64,000 nucleotides of DNA from an uncultured bacterium (GCA_964556895.1 CAZKYC010000001.1:29371-93370), one strand, 5' to 3'; shown: positions 35,532 to 44,806, numbered from the stretch's first letter. Notes: generated from the sequence alone by a model not told the origin. Made by a program: numbers and translations.

Positions 35532-36871
35532 CCCCCCCAACGCCTCTCTGTCAAAACAACCAATGCGGCGCGGTGTTAATCATCGTGTTGTGGATCGCAA
35601 CCGGCCTGGTCACCATCGCCTTGTTGTTCGGCCAGTCGATGATGTTTGAATACCGCGTCTCAGAAAACGCTAAGGCGGGCGTCCAGGCCCAGTTCGCCGT
35701 CGAGAGCGCGGCGCGTTATGCGACATCTATTCTTAAAAACCTTGAGTCGCCCGGCGACGTTCCTCTTGGAGAAAACTACACCGCCGAGCTCGCCCAGGTA
35801 GGCGACTCGCTTTTATGGATGCTCGGGCGTAACCATCAAGACGCCGCCTATACCGACCCCCAGTTCGGCCTCATCGACGAAGGCGCAAAACTAAACCTGA
35901 ATACCGCATCACTCGAAATGTTACTGGAGCTGCCCGGCATGACCGAGCAATTCGCCGCCGCCATCGTTGATTGGCGCGATGAAGACGACGAGGCGTCTGA
36001 AAACGGCGCCGAGGCCGACGCCTATGCGTTATTAAACCCGTCGTATGAATGCAAAAACGCGCCGTTTGAAACCATCTTTGAATTGCGCCTGGTTTATGGC
36101 GCCGATGACGAAACCTTGTTCGGCGAAGACGCCAACCTCAACGGCCTGTTAGACCCAAACGAGAGCGACGGCGCCATTGCTCTGCCAGAAGACAACCGCG
36201 ACGGCGTCTTAGACATGGGCCTGTTTGAATATGTCACCGTTTTCAGCCGCGTCCCTAACACCAACAGCGAGGGCGAAGCGCGGGCCAATATCAACGGCGA
36301 CAACGATGACGCGCTGGAAGAGTTATTAACCGAGACCTTGGGTTCTGAGCGCATGGGCGAATTGAACACCAACCCCGGCCAGGGAGAAGAATTCACCAGC
36401 CTGCTTCACTTCTTCATTATCAGTGGAATGACCGAAGACGAGTTCGCCCAAATCGAAACCGAAATCTCAATCAACGAAGACGAATATCTGCCGGGCTTAA
36501 TCAACGTCAATACCGCCAGCGCCGCGGTATTGGCCTGCGTACCCGGAATCGATGAATCAAACGCCCAACAAATCGCCGCCGAACAAGAAGAGCGCCGCGA
36601 GTCTAACTCGGTCGCCTGGGTGAAAGACATCCTCGGCGACGACGCCGCCATCGAAGCGGGGCCTTATCTCACCGGACAGTCATATCAGTTCACCGTCGAC
36701 GCCGCGGCGGTGGGGCGGCTGGGCAAAGGCTATCGCCGGACGCGCTATGTCATCGACCTCAGCGAGGGCGACCCAAAACTTGTCTACCAGCGCGACCTGA
36801 GCGGCCTGGGCTGGGCGTTGGGCGAGCGCCTGCGCCGCGATCTTATGGTATGGAAGGAACAAGCGTTGTGA
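35528..36871 (+). CDS. gspK: GspK-like minor pseudopilin / pseudopilus cap.
   Basis: N-terminal TM helix without a prepilin Phe. Internal helix-hairpin-helix/SAM-like repeats (LNLNTASLEMLLELPGMTEQFAAAIVDWR; INVNTASAAVLACVPGIDESNAQQI) are typical of GspK. Confidence 0.7.
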   Translation: MTPPTPLCQNNQCGAVLIIVLWIATGLVTIALLFGQSMMFEYRVSENAKAGVQAQFAVESAARYATSILKNLESPGDVPLGENYTAELAQVGDSLLWMLGRNHQDAAYTDPQFGLIDEGAKLNLNTASLEMLLELPGMTEQFAAAIVDWRDEDDEASENGAEADAYALLNPSYECKNAPFETIFELRLVYGADDETLFGEDANLNGLLDPNESDGAIALPEDNRDGVLDMGLFEYVTVFSRVPNTNSEGEARANINGDNDDALEELLTETLGSERMGELNTNPGQGEEFTSLLHFFIISGMTEDEFAQIETEISINEDEYLPGLINVNTASAAVLACVPGIDESNAQQIAAEQEERRESNSVAWVKDILGDDAAIEAGPYLTGQSYQFTVDAAAVGRLGKGYRRTRYVIDLSEGDPKLVYQRDLSGLGWALGERLRRDLMVWKEQAL

Positions 36872-38274
36872 TTGGTTCGCCAACACCATCCTACAAATCT
36901 ATCGTCAGCATCGAATTTGGGCGCGAATCGGTCAAAGCGGTTTCAGCGGCCAAAAACGGGCGCGGGCTCAAGATCAAAAAGACGCTTGATTGCCCGATTG
37001 ACGCCTGCCTGCTTACAACCGACCCTGACGCGCTGGGCGAGGCCTTGCGCATGCGTATGACTGAGACGGGCATGTATGATGCGCATTGTATGGTCAGCGT
37101 CCCGCTGCAATGGGTGCTGAAACACCGCATCGAGGTCCCTGAATTGTCGCCGGACGATGTCGAGAGCTATATCCGCCTTCAAGCCGAGCGCGCGTTTCCC
37201 TTCCCGCTTGATGAACTATCGATATCAACCTCATGGTTTGAAGCCGCCGATGGAAAGCGCTATGCGTCGATCCATGCGGTGCGCCTGTCACAAATTGAAG
37301 CGCTGCGCGCGGTATGCAAAAAAGCCAAACTCACGCCGCTGAGTTTCACCATTGGCCAACCGTCTGAGTTTAACGGCCAAACAAGCGGCCACGCAGTGCA
37401 TTTACGGCAGCGCGACGACGGCGTCGATTGTCAGATCATTCACAACAACGAATTGATTGGCTTTCGCTTTTTTGAAGCCGACTGGTCAGAAGGCGCACAC
37501 AAAGGAATTCCATCGCTGTTTCGCGACATTCGCGTGACGCTTAGCGAATTGCCCCTGGCGCTGCAATCATCGTTTGGCGCCATCGTGGTTTGCGGCCCCA
37601 GAGAATGGGCAGACGCGTTCATACAAGCGGCGGGGCCTGCGGCGAGCTTGATGAACATGCGCCTGGAGACAGCGGCGCCAATATCGCCCAAGCCGATCAA
37701 CGTAAACGGCGACGCCTATTGGGTCGGCCCTATCTATCACACCGCCAACCAGTTTTATCTAAACCAGAAGTCGCAGGTTGAATTTCTACCGCCGAGGGTG
37801 AACCGCTTTAAACAATGGGCGTCAAAAATTTCTTCGCGCGGCAGCCTGGTCGCGGGCGCAAGCGCCACCGCGGTGATGGTTGTCGTCTGCGCCGCGTTCG
37901 TCTACCAGTATTACACTTGGTCGAGCCTCAATTCGCGCTGGCAATCCATCCGCGATCAGGTCGATGAAGTCAGCGTCATTCAAGACAACGTCAGGCTGTT
38001 TCGCCCCTGGTTTGACGAATCGCTGCCTGCGTTATCCAGCCTCCATACCTTGGTCGAGGCGTTCCCCGAAGCAGGCAGCATCTGGGTCCAAGTGGTTGAG
38101 ATTGACCAAAGCCGCCGCGTGTCATTCTCCGGCTTCGCCGAAGACAGCCACGCGCTGCTCATGCTTCACGAAACCTTGAAACAAGACGAGCGCGTCCAAT
38201 ACCTGACGGTCGAACAGATGTTGGGCGAGCCGCCGATAAAATTTGCATTCAACTTTCAATGGATAGGCAACTGA
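36850..38274 (+). CDS. GspL-like assembly protein, a fusion of a PilM-like actin-fold cytoplasmic domain, one TM segment and a PilN-like periplasmic domain.
   Basis: PilM-like N-terminus IVSIEFGRESVKAVSAAKNG. TM LVAGASATAVMVVVCAAFVY at about residue 340. Periplasmic C-terminus. An alternative GTG start at 36868, preceded by GGAAGGA, makes a GTGA overlap with the gspK stop. Confidence 0.65.
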   Translation: MEGTSVVIGSPTPSYKSIVSIEFGRESVKAVSAAKNGRGLKIKKTLDCPIDACLLTTDPDALGEALRMRMTETGMYDAHCMVSVPLQWVLKHRIEVPELSPDDVESYIRLQAERAFPFPLDELSISTSWFEAADGKRYASIHAVRLSQIEALRAVCKKAKLTPLSFTIGQPSEFNGQTSGHAVHLRQRDDGVDCQIIHNNELIGFRFFEADWSEGAHKGIPSLFRDIRVTLSELPLALQSSFGAIVVCGPREWADAFIQAAGPAASLMNMRLETAAPISPKPINVNGDAYWVGPIYHTANQFYLNQKSQVEFLPPRVNRFKQWASKISSRGSLVAGASATAVMVVVCAAFVYQYYTWSSLNSRWQSIRDQVDEVSVIQDNVRLFRPWFDESLPALSSLHTLVEAFPEAGSIWVQVVEIDQSRRVSFSGFAEDSHALLMLHETLKQDERVQYLTVEQMLGEPPIKFAFNFQWIGN

Positions 38275-38276
38275 CC

Positions 38277-38813
38277 ATGAATATCGAAAACCGGCAACGC
38301 AACCTGGTCATATTCGCCATCGCCTGTCTCGCCCTGCTCGCGGGCGACAAACTGGTGGCGACGCCGTTGATCGCCTATTGGCAAGACGCCGCCGAAGACA
38401 TCGAAGCGCTGCGCCTGTCGCTCGACGAGGGCGAGCTGTTGCTCTCGCGCGAAGACGCCCTGCGCCAGCGGTGGGGCCTGATGCAGCGAAACGCCATGCC
38501 CGAAAGCAAAGCCCAAGCCGAAAATCTGGTGTTAAACGCGGTCGACGAATGGGTCAACCAAAGCGGCGTCAATATTTTTTCATTCAAACCGCAATGGAAA
38601 GACCAGAGCGACGACCACTTCACCTTAGAGTGCCGTGCGTCGCTTCAGGGCGACATGGAGGCGATGGTCAAGTTTTTATACACCCTCGAAACCGACCCGC
38701 TCGCGCTCAACGTCGAAGACATCGACTTGACATCGCGCGACGAAAACGGCAATAACCTGGCGCTGACGGTGGTATTCAGTGGATTGCAATTCAAACCCGA
38801 TACGGACGAATAA
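38277..38813 (+). CDS. GspM/PilO-like bitopic assembly protein.
   Basis: A short cytoplasmic N-terminus, TM LVIFAIACLALLAG, then coiled-coil and a ferredoxin-like periplasmic domain. Its position in the operon supports the call. The ATG is 3 nt after the upstream stop. Confidence 0.6.
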   Translation: MNIENRQRNLVIFAIACLALLAGDKLVATPLIAYWQDAAEDIEALRLSLDEGELLLSREDALRQRWGLMQRNAMPESKAQAENLVLNAVDEWVNQSGVNIFSFKPQWKDQSDDHFTLECRASLQGDMEAMVKFLYTLETDPLALNVEDIDLTSRDENGNNLALTVVFSGLQFKPDTDE

Positions 38814-38814
38814 C

Positions 38815-39369
38815 ATGAACAAACGACAACTGAATCATATCCTTTGGCCTGCGTTGTGGATGATGGCAATACTTAGCCCCACAGCCCCTGGGCAAAGCCA
38901 AGAGGCGCGCCGCCCGTCAATTGAGTTGGACGCCTTTCGGCTCATCGTTGAACGCAACATCTTTGACCCCAGCCGCGAAAAGCCCGGAGGCGAAGCCCCT
39001 CCCATCGAGCGCGCCCCCCAGGCAGACGAAATCGTCTTAGTTGGAACCTTAGTCACCGAATCTCAACGTTTCGCCTTCTTTGACGGATCGTCTTCCAGCT
39101 ACCGCCGCGTGTTGACAGTCGGCGCAGACATCGCTGGCGGCGCCGTTGCGGCGATTGAGTCAGCGACCATCTCCATTCGTCTTGATGACAACACCTTTGA
39201 CCTGCCGATTGGCATGAGTCTAAGCAGAGAAGACGACCAGCCCTGGCGCATCGAAACCGTTAAGCGCCGCATAGAGCCTGAAAAAGAAGAAGACAACAAA
39301 CAACCGGCCCCCGCCAACGATATTCTACGAAAACTCATGGAACGACGCAGTCAGGAGCAAAATCAATGA
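38815..39369 (+). CDS. PilP/GspC-like periplasmic linker protein.
   Basis: Signal-anchor MNKRQLNHILWPALWMMAILSP. A Pro/Glu-rich linker. A C-terminal beta domain (VLVGTLVTESQRFAFFDGSSSSYRRV). It lies immediately upstream of the secretin genes. ATGA overlaps at both ends. Confidence 0.55.
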   Translation: MNKRQLNHILWPALWMMAILSPTAPGQSQEARRPSIELDAFRLIVERNIFDPSREKPGGEAPPIERAPQADEIVLVGTLVTESQRFAFFDGSSSSYRRVLTVGADIAGGAVAAIESATISIRLDDNTFDLPIGMSLSREDDQPWRIETVKRRIEPEKEEDNKQPAPANDILRKLMERRSQEQNQ

Positions 39370-40757
39370 AAGCCGTGCAAACCATCCTACTGATTTCTAC
39401 AATGATCTTCATCGCCCAGCCGTTGGTTGGCCAAGACCAACCCGCCAACGGCGACAATGAGATTCGCCTCAATTTTCGCGGGGCCAGCCTCGACGCCGTG
39501 CTCGATTATTTGAGTGAAGTTGCGGGGTATGTCATTGTCAAACAAACCGAAGTCGACGGCCAGATCGACGTGTGGAGCCGCCAGCCGCTCAACCAAGAAG
39601 AAGCCATCAACCTGCTCAACACGGTGCTTCACGAAAAAGGCTACGCCGCCTTACGAAACGGGCGCATCCTCACCGTGGTCGACCGCGACGACGCCCGAGA
39701 GAAAGACATCCCCGTCAAAATCGGCAACGAGCCGCGCGCGCTGCCCAAAACCGACGAGATGATCACTCAGATTATCCCGGTGCGTTACACCGACGCCATG
39801 GCGTTGATCGACAATTTATCGCCGCTCCTGCCTGAATACGCCGACCTGTCAGCCAATGAAAGCAGCAACGCGGTCATCATCACCGACACCCAGGCCAATG
39901 TTCGCCGCATGATGATGATTGTCCGCGCGCTCGACACCTCAATCTCAAGCATCTCGGCGATCAACGTCTATCGGCTGCAATACTCAGACGCGACTCAAAT
40001 CGCTGAGATCGTCAACGAACTGTTTGAAGTCGAAGACGATGACACCCGTGGACGCGGCGGCGGGCCGGGCGGGTTCTTTGGCCGCGGCGGGCGCGACGGC
40101 GGCAATGAGAATGAATCTGACAGCGAAGCGCGAAAGGCCGCCTCTCGCGTGGTTGCGGTCGCTGACGAAAACACCAACTCGCTCATCGTTAGCGCGCCCG
40201 AAGAATATATGTCCACCCTCACCGAACTCGTCGACAAAGTCGACCAGCCGGTCTCTGACATTACCGAGATCCAAGTGTTTCGCCTGGAATACGCCGACGC
40301 CTACGAAATGGCCGACCAGATCCAAGAGTTGTTCCCTGATGAATCGTCCCAAGAACAAACCACCTTGGCGCCGCGCTTCGGGCCAGGCGCGTTCTTTGGC
40401 CGCGACGGTGGACGAAACAACCAACAATCTGACGACAGCGAGCGCCAACTACAGCAAGCCACCGTGCGCAGCGTCGCCGACCCGCGCACAAACTCTGTTG
40501 TGGTGTTCGCCGCCCAAGAGACCATGGCCCAAATCGCCCAGATGGTTCAGCGGCTTGATTCAGACACATCGAAGAAACAGAAAGTGTTTGTCTACCGCCT
40601 CGAATACGCCGACGTCGACAACCTCGCCGAGATATTGCGCAACATCTTTGAATCTCAAAACACCAACATCAACCGAACCGCCGACACCAACCAAAACACG
40701 CTCTCAAACCGCCAAGTCAATTTAAACACAGCCGACAACGACCAGCCGTTTAACTAA
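39366..40757 (+). CDS. Secretin N-domain protein. It has a signal peptide, an N0-like domain and three secretin_N-type repeats, but no pore domain.
   Basis: Signal peptide MKAVQTILLISTMIFIAQPLVGQ. N0-like IRLNFRGASLDAVLDYLSEVAGYVIV. Three repeats of the form (I/V)xV(Y/F)RL(Q/E)Y(S/A)DA...(A/I)(E/D)I(V/L)...F, separated by Gly/Arg/Phe low-complexity linkers (GRGGGPGGFFGRGGRDGG; RFGPGAFFGRDGG). A real TAA stop at 40758. Confidence 0.75.
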   Translation: MKAVQTILLISTMIFIAQPLVGQDQPANGDNEIRLNFRGASLDAVLDYLSEVAGYVIVKQTEVDGQIDVWSRQPLNQEEAINLLNTVLHEKGYAALRNGRILTVVDRDDAREKDIPVKIGNEPRALPKTDEMITQIIPVRYTDAMALIDNLSPLLPEYADLSANESSNAVIITDTQANVRRMMMIVRALDTSISSISAINVYRLQYSDATQIAEIVNELFEVEDDDTRGRGGGPGGFFGRGGRDGGNENESDSEARKAASRVVAVADENTNSLIVSAPEEYMSTLTELVDKVDQPVSDITEIQVFRLEYADAYEMADQIQELFPDESSQEQTTLAPRFGPGAFFGRDGGRNNQQSDDSERQLQQATVRSVADPRTNSVVVFAAQETMAQIAQMVQRLDSDTSKKQKVFVYRLEYADVDNLAEILRNIFESQNTNINRTADTNQNTLSNRQVNLNTADNDQPFN

Positions 40758-40778
40758 ACCGGAGCCAAGGCCGAAACC

Positions 40779-41939
40779 ATGAAAACCAAACTGACCTCAT
40801 TCATCCTAATCACCCTACTTACAACGGCGACCGCCTTCGCCCAACGCGCGTTTAACTTCAACCAGACCCAAAACGCGTCAAGCGCTTCTGGAACGCAGCG
40901 CACCTACTATTCAAACGGCATGATCGGCGAAGCCATCATCGAAGCCGACCGCGACACGCGTTCAATCATCGTGATCGCCGACGACTACACCAACGAACAC
41001 ATCAAGCGAATCATCGAAAACCTCGACCGCCCCGTCCAACAGGTGTTGATCAAAGTGTTGTTCGTCGAAGTGACCTATCGCGATGATTATGACTTTGGCC
41101 TTGAAGGCGCCCTTGATCTCAACAACAGCCGCCCCGGCTCCAATGTGTTTGACACCGCCTTTGGCGTGGCCGCTGAGTCGGCGGGCGGGTTTTACCGCCT
41201 GCTTGAGAGCGACGTCAACGTAACCATCCGCGCCATTCAAGAAGTCGGCAAGACCGAAGTCTTGTCGCGCCCGTCGATTCTGACCCGAAACAATCAAGAA
41301 GCGGTCATCACAGTAGGGCAGGAAGTGCCCTTCATCACCAGCAGCCAGACCACCGAACAGGGCAACACCATCAACGTCATCCAATATGAAGACATCGGCA
41401 TCATCCTGCGAGTGACCCCCTTCATCACCAAAGACGGCCTGGTCGAGATGATTCTCGCCCCCGAAATTTCCACCATCACCGATGAAACCGTGCCCATTTC
41501 AGAGACCGTCAACTCGCCGGTGTTCGCGAAACGCTCAGCCGACACCGTGGTGGTGACCCCCAACGGCCAGACGGTGGTCATCGGCGGCATGATGGAAGAC
41601 AACAACATCGAAGTGGAAAACAAGGTCCCTATTTTGGGCGACATCCCACTGTTGGGCTCGATCTTTCGCCGCACTCAAAAAAACAACTCAAAAACCGAAC
41701 TGTTAATCTTTCTGACGCCCTATGTCATGGAAGGCCCCGAACGCCTAGTTGAGCGCACCGCCATCGAGCGCAATGAATCAGACCTGGTGCCGAAGGCGTT
41801 TACACCGGAACAAATCGAAAAATACTTCGACAGCCCCCAGCCCCAAAATGAGGGCGAGGCCAACGAAACCCAAAAAAGGGAACCCAACACGCCGCCCTCA
41901 CGCCCAAGACAATCAAACAGCAAAGGGCGGCCATACTAA
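40779..41939 (+). CDS. gspD: Secretin (GspD/PilQ family) pore subunit. It has its own signal peptide, a single N3-like domain and the secretin C-domain.
   Basis: Signal peptide MKTKLTSFILITLLTTATAFAQ. N3-like IIEADRDTRSIIVIADDYTNEHIKRIIENLD. Secretin domain VLSRPSILTRNNQEAVITVGQEVPFITS...VVIGGMMEDNNIEVENKVPILGDIPLLGSIFRRTQKNNSKTELLIFLTPYVM. Confidence 0.85.
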   Translation: MKTKLTSFILITLLTTATAFAQRAFNFNQTQNASSASGTQRTYYSNGMIGEAIIEADRDTRSIIVIADDYTNEHIKRIIENLDRPVQQVLIKVLFVEVTYRDDYDFGLEGALDLNNSRPGSNVFDTAFGVAAESAGGFYRLLESDVNVTIRAIQEVGKTEVLSRPSILTRNNQEAVITVGQEVPFITSSQTTEQGNTINVIQYEDIGIILRVTPFITKDGLVEMILAPEISTITDETVPISETVNSPVFAKRSADTVVVTPNGQTVVIGGMMEDNNIEVENKVPILGDIPLLGSIFRRTQKNNSKTELLIFLTPYVMEGPERLVERTAIERNESDLVPKAFTPEQIEKYFDSPQPQNEGEANETQKREPNTPPSRPRQSNSKGRPY

Positions 41940-42057
41940 ACACGCACCGCCCAAAAACCGCGCCTCAAACACAAAACAAGCCGGCCCGATTTTGGCGGAA
42001 TACCCAGGCAACGCCGACCCGCACTGCACCTTCATGGACAAGGTCGAGTAGCCGCGC

Positions 42058-42627
42058 TTATTCGCCGCGCCCCAGCAAGCCGAGTTCTTCGGCGCGAGGT
42101 TTGAGCGCGTCGATGATAAACTGGATGTGTTCGCCCAGCTCAACGCCGAGTTGTTCGGCGCCACGGTTGACTTCGTCGCGGTTTACCTTGGCGGCGAAAC
42201 TCTTGTCTTTCAATTTTTTCTTAACGCTCTTCGGCGCCAGCGTGTGAATGCCGTCGGGGCGCACAAAACAACACGCGCCGATAAAGCCCGTGATTTCGTC
42301 GCAGGCCAACAGCGATTTGTCTAACGGGCTCTTACACTCTTCGCCCCATTGGGTGAAATGACAGGCGATGGCGTGGGCCATCTCGTCTTCGCCGCGCTCG
42401 CGCAGCCAGGCCATGATGCGCTTGGGGTGGTCGTCGGGCCATTGTTCATAATCCGCGTCATGAAGCAGCCCGGTCACGCCCCATCGTTCGACGTCGCTCT
42501 CGCCGCCGCCATACTTGAGCGCCGCCGCTCGCATCACCACCTCCACCGAACGCGCATGAATGCGCAGCGCCTCGCCCGGCGTCCATTCACAGAGAAGTTC
42601 CCAAGCTTCATCGCGGCTGATTGTCAT
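42058..42627 (-). CDS. HD-domain phosphohydrolase (YfbR/HDIG-like).
   Basis: His...HD...D pattern (IHARSVEVV...GLLHDADYEQW...H). 189 aa. Confidence 0.6.
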   Translation of the reverse strand: MTISRDEAWELLCEWTPGEALRIHARSVEVVMRAAALKYGGGESDVERWGVTGLLHDADYEQWPDDHPKRIMAWLRERGEDEMAHAIACHFTQWGEECKSPLDKSLLACDEITGFIGACCFVRPDGIHTLAPKSVKKKLKDKSFAAKVNRDEVNRGAEQLGVELGEHIQFIIDALKPRAEELGLLGRGE

Positions 42628-42648
42628 CGTTCACCTTCATTTCAATTT

Positions 42649-43767
42649 TCAAAACCCAAACAGTTGGCGGTAGTCTTCTTCGGCGTAGCGGTCGGTCATG
42701 CCTGAAATATAGTCGCAGGTGCAGCGTTCAAGACGATAATCGCCTATTCGCGCCTGGAACGATTCCGGCATCTGGTCTGGATGGTTGGTGTAGTTCTCAA
42801 ACAGGCGCTGAATAATCAACCCACAACGGGAGTTTGAACGCAACACCTGCGGATGGCGATAGAGGTGGTCAAATAAAAACCGCCGCGCTGACTGAACATG
42901 GTCCTGCATCGCCGGGCTAAAGCCGACCAGCCCGTCTTGGATCTCGCCTGCGTGGTGATTCAGCCGCCGTATGGTCTCTTCGGCGAGGTCGGTGACCTGC
43001 CAGTTGATCAAGTGAAGAATGAGTGGATACCGCCGCCGTTTTCCGCGCCATTCGGCGACCTGGTCACGCACCTGCTCAGCCGCCTCGCGCCACAGAGGCA
43101 CGGTCATCACGTCGTCAGGGTGAAGCAGGCCCGAATCGATGCCGTCGTCTAGATCATGGCTGCAATACGATATTTCATCTGCGGCGTCGACGACTTGGGC
43201 CTCGATACAGGGCGCGCCTTCGAGGCCTTTCCCCATGCCCACATAGGGCGCGTGGCCTTTGAGGATGCCGCGGCGGGTTTCTTCAGTCAGATTGAGCCCG
43301 ACGAACTGGGGGTAGCGCACTTCGAGATAATCGACGATGCACAACGCTTGGGCGTTGTGTTCAAACCCGCCCGACGCCTGGGCGAGATCGTTTAACACGC
43401 GTTCGCCCGCGTGGCCAAACGGCGGGTGGCCCAGGTCGTGGGCCAGGGCGATGGCCTCGCACAGGTCTTCATTGAGCGAGAGCGCCCGCGCCAGCGTGCG
43501 AGCGATTTGGGCGACTTCGAGGGTATGAGTCAGCCGGGTGCGGTAGTGGTCGCTGGCTTTGTTGATAAACACCTGGGTTTTATATTCCAGCCGCCGAAAG
43601 GCGCTGCTATGGATGATGCGGTCGCGGTCGCGCTGGTAACAGGTGCGGTAGCCGTGCTCGCGTTCGGAGTAGATGCGTCCACGCGAATTGGCCGACTTAG
43701 CGGCGTAGGGCGCCAGTCGTTCGCTCTCCCATTGTTCAAAACGCTCACGCGACAGAATTGATGCCAT
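42649..43767 (-). CDS. dgt: Deoxyguanosinetriphosphate triphosphohydrolase-like protein (dGTPase family HD hydrolase).
   Basis: The N-terminal PYAAKSANSRGR...QRDRDRIIHSSAFRRLEYKTQVF, HD-domain TRLTHTLEVAQI and HDLGHPPFGHAGE are diagnostic. The start is taken at the Met of MASILS; the track's start is 23 codons upstream. Confidence 0.85.
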   Translation of the reverse strand: MASILSRERFEQWESERLAPYAAKSANSRGRIYSEREHGYRTCYQRDRDRIIHSSAFRRLEYKTQVFINKASDHYRTRLTHTLEVAQIARTLARALSLNEDLCEAIALAHDLGHPPFGHAGERVLNDLAQASGGFEHNAQALCIVDYLEVRYPQFVGLNLTEETRRGILKGHAPYVGMGKGLEGAPCIEAQVVDAADEISYCSHDLDDGIDSGLLHPDDVMTVPLWREAAEQVRDQVAEWRGKRRRYPLILHLINWQVTDLAEETIRRLNHHAGEIQDGLVGFSPAMQDHVQSARRFLFDHLYRHPQVLRSNSRCGLIIQRLFENYTNHPDQMPESFQARIGDYRLERCTCDYISGMTDRYAEEDYRQLFGF

Positions 43768-43873
43768 TTTCGTGGAGTTGACCATAGTGGTTTTTATCTT
43801 AAATAGACTGTATGTGGTGATGGGGTGAGAACCCACCCTTCATTTGCTCTCTTCTTGATTTACACCCAGTGTG

Positions 43874-44041
43874 GCATGGGTACAACTCTACTCGCTTCAG
43901 TGCGGCTCCGCCTTTTTGCACAGGCGCTCACAGAGTTGCACCCATGCCTGAGTTGGATTGTCTATTATTGAAAGGACGAATATCGTTTTTTGACCCAATT
44001 CCAGGTCATCCATCAAGGGAAATACTCAAATTTCGGATGAA
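43874..44041 (+). mobile_element. MITE-like repeat family 1, copy 1c. It is 5'-truncated: it has the core hairpin at 43878-43943 and the right arm but no left arm.
   Basis: It aligns with copy 1a from ggcatggg through aatttcggatgaa. Confidence 0.7.
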
Positions 44042-44062
44042 CCTGTATTTTGATATTTCTCC

Positions 44063-44644
44063 TTACTTCAAATACGCGTCTGGCGGCACATAGCCCGGGC
44101 GCACATCGCTCATATCGAGAATGCGACGCCCTACGCGGTAGCGGGCGCCGCCCATGTAATACAATAACAGTTCTTCGGGCTGCCAGCCGATCTGATCAAT
44201 CTGTTCATGCATGCCGACATATAAGACTTCCGCCGTGATCATCGGGCGCCCCATGCCTGGAATAATGTCTCTCACCCGACATTCGATTTGGGCCAGGCAT
44301 TCGGTAATCATGAGAGGCGTGACGGTTTTCGCCCGCGCAGTCGTTAAATTTAATATCCGTATTTTGTCGACGTCGCGCCCAGAATGGACGCCGCAAAAAT
44401 GAGCCTCTTTGACCAGCGACTCGCCCGCCACGCCTAAAATAAAATCGCCCGACTCTCTGACAAAATGATAACTCTGTGAACTGGGCTTTAACGAAATCGC
44501 CACCATGGGCGGGTCTAAACTAACAGGCATATACCACAAAACAGGCGAAACTGCGTTGAAACGACCCTTACGCGCAGAGAGCAAAAGCACCGGATGAGAA
44601 ACAATCAAGTTCGAAAAATCGCCTATCGGTTTAGAGATCATCAC
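44063..44644 (-). CDS. Flavin reductase-like (FMN-binding split-barrel) domain protein.
   Basis: 193 aa. LLLSARKGRFNAVSPVLWYMPVSLDPPMVAISL... matches the flavin_reduct fold pattern. Confidence 0.6.
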   Translation of the reverse strand: MMISKPIGDFSNLIVSHPVLLLSARKGRFNAVSPVLWYMPVSLDPPMVAISLKPSSQSYHFVRESGDFILGVAGESLVKEAHFCGVHSGRDVDKIRILNLTTARAKTVTPLMITECLAQIECRVRDIIPGMGRPMITAEVLYVGMHEQIDQIGWQPEELLLYYMGGARYRVGRRILDMSDVRPGYVPPDAYLK

Positions 44645-44806
44645 CCGGCCCTTTCTGCCAGCAACAAATAGCGATTCAGTAAATTATGCCCGAATGACCT
44701 CATTCGCCAAGTTGCACTTGCTACAATGCGCCTGATTCATTACAATCGTTCCACTGCCTATAAATCGGCATTTACACAAAACTAACTCGACTGACGACAA
44801 CGAATT

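Noticed and set aside
39514-40725. Alternative-frame ORFs of 82-268 aa inside the secretin N-domain gene (for example 39919-40725 (+) and 39984-40448 (-)).
   Set aside because: Their Pro/Arg/Ser/Thr-rich composition is what off-frame reading of GC-rich coding DNA gives. The in-frame gene has a signal peptide and recognisable secretin repeats.
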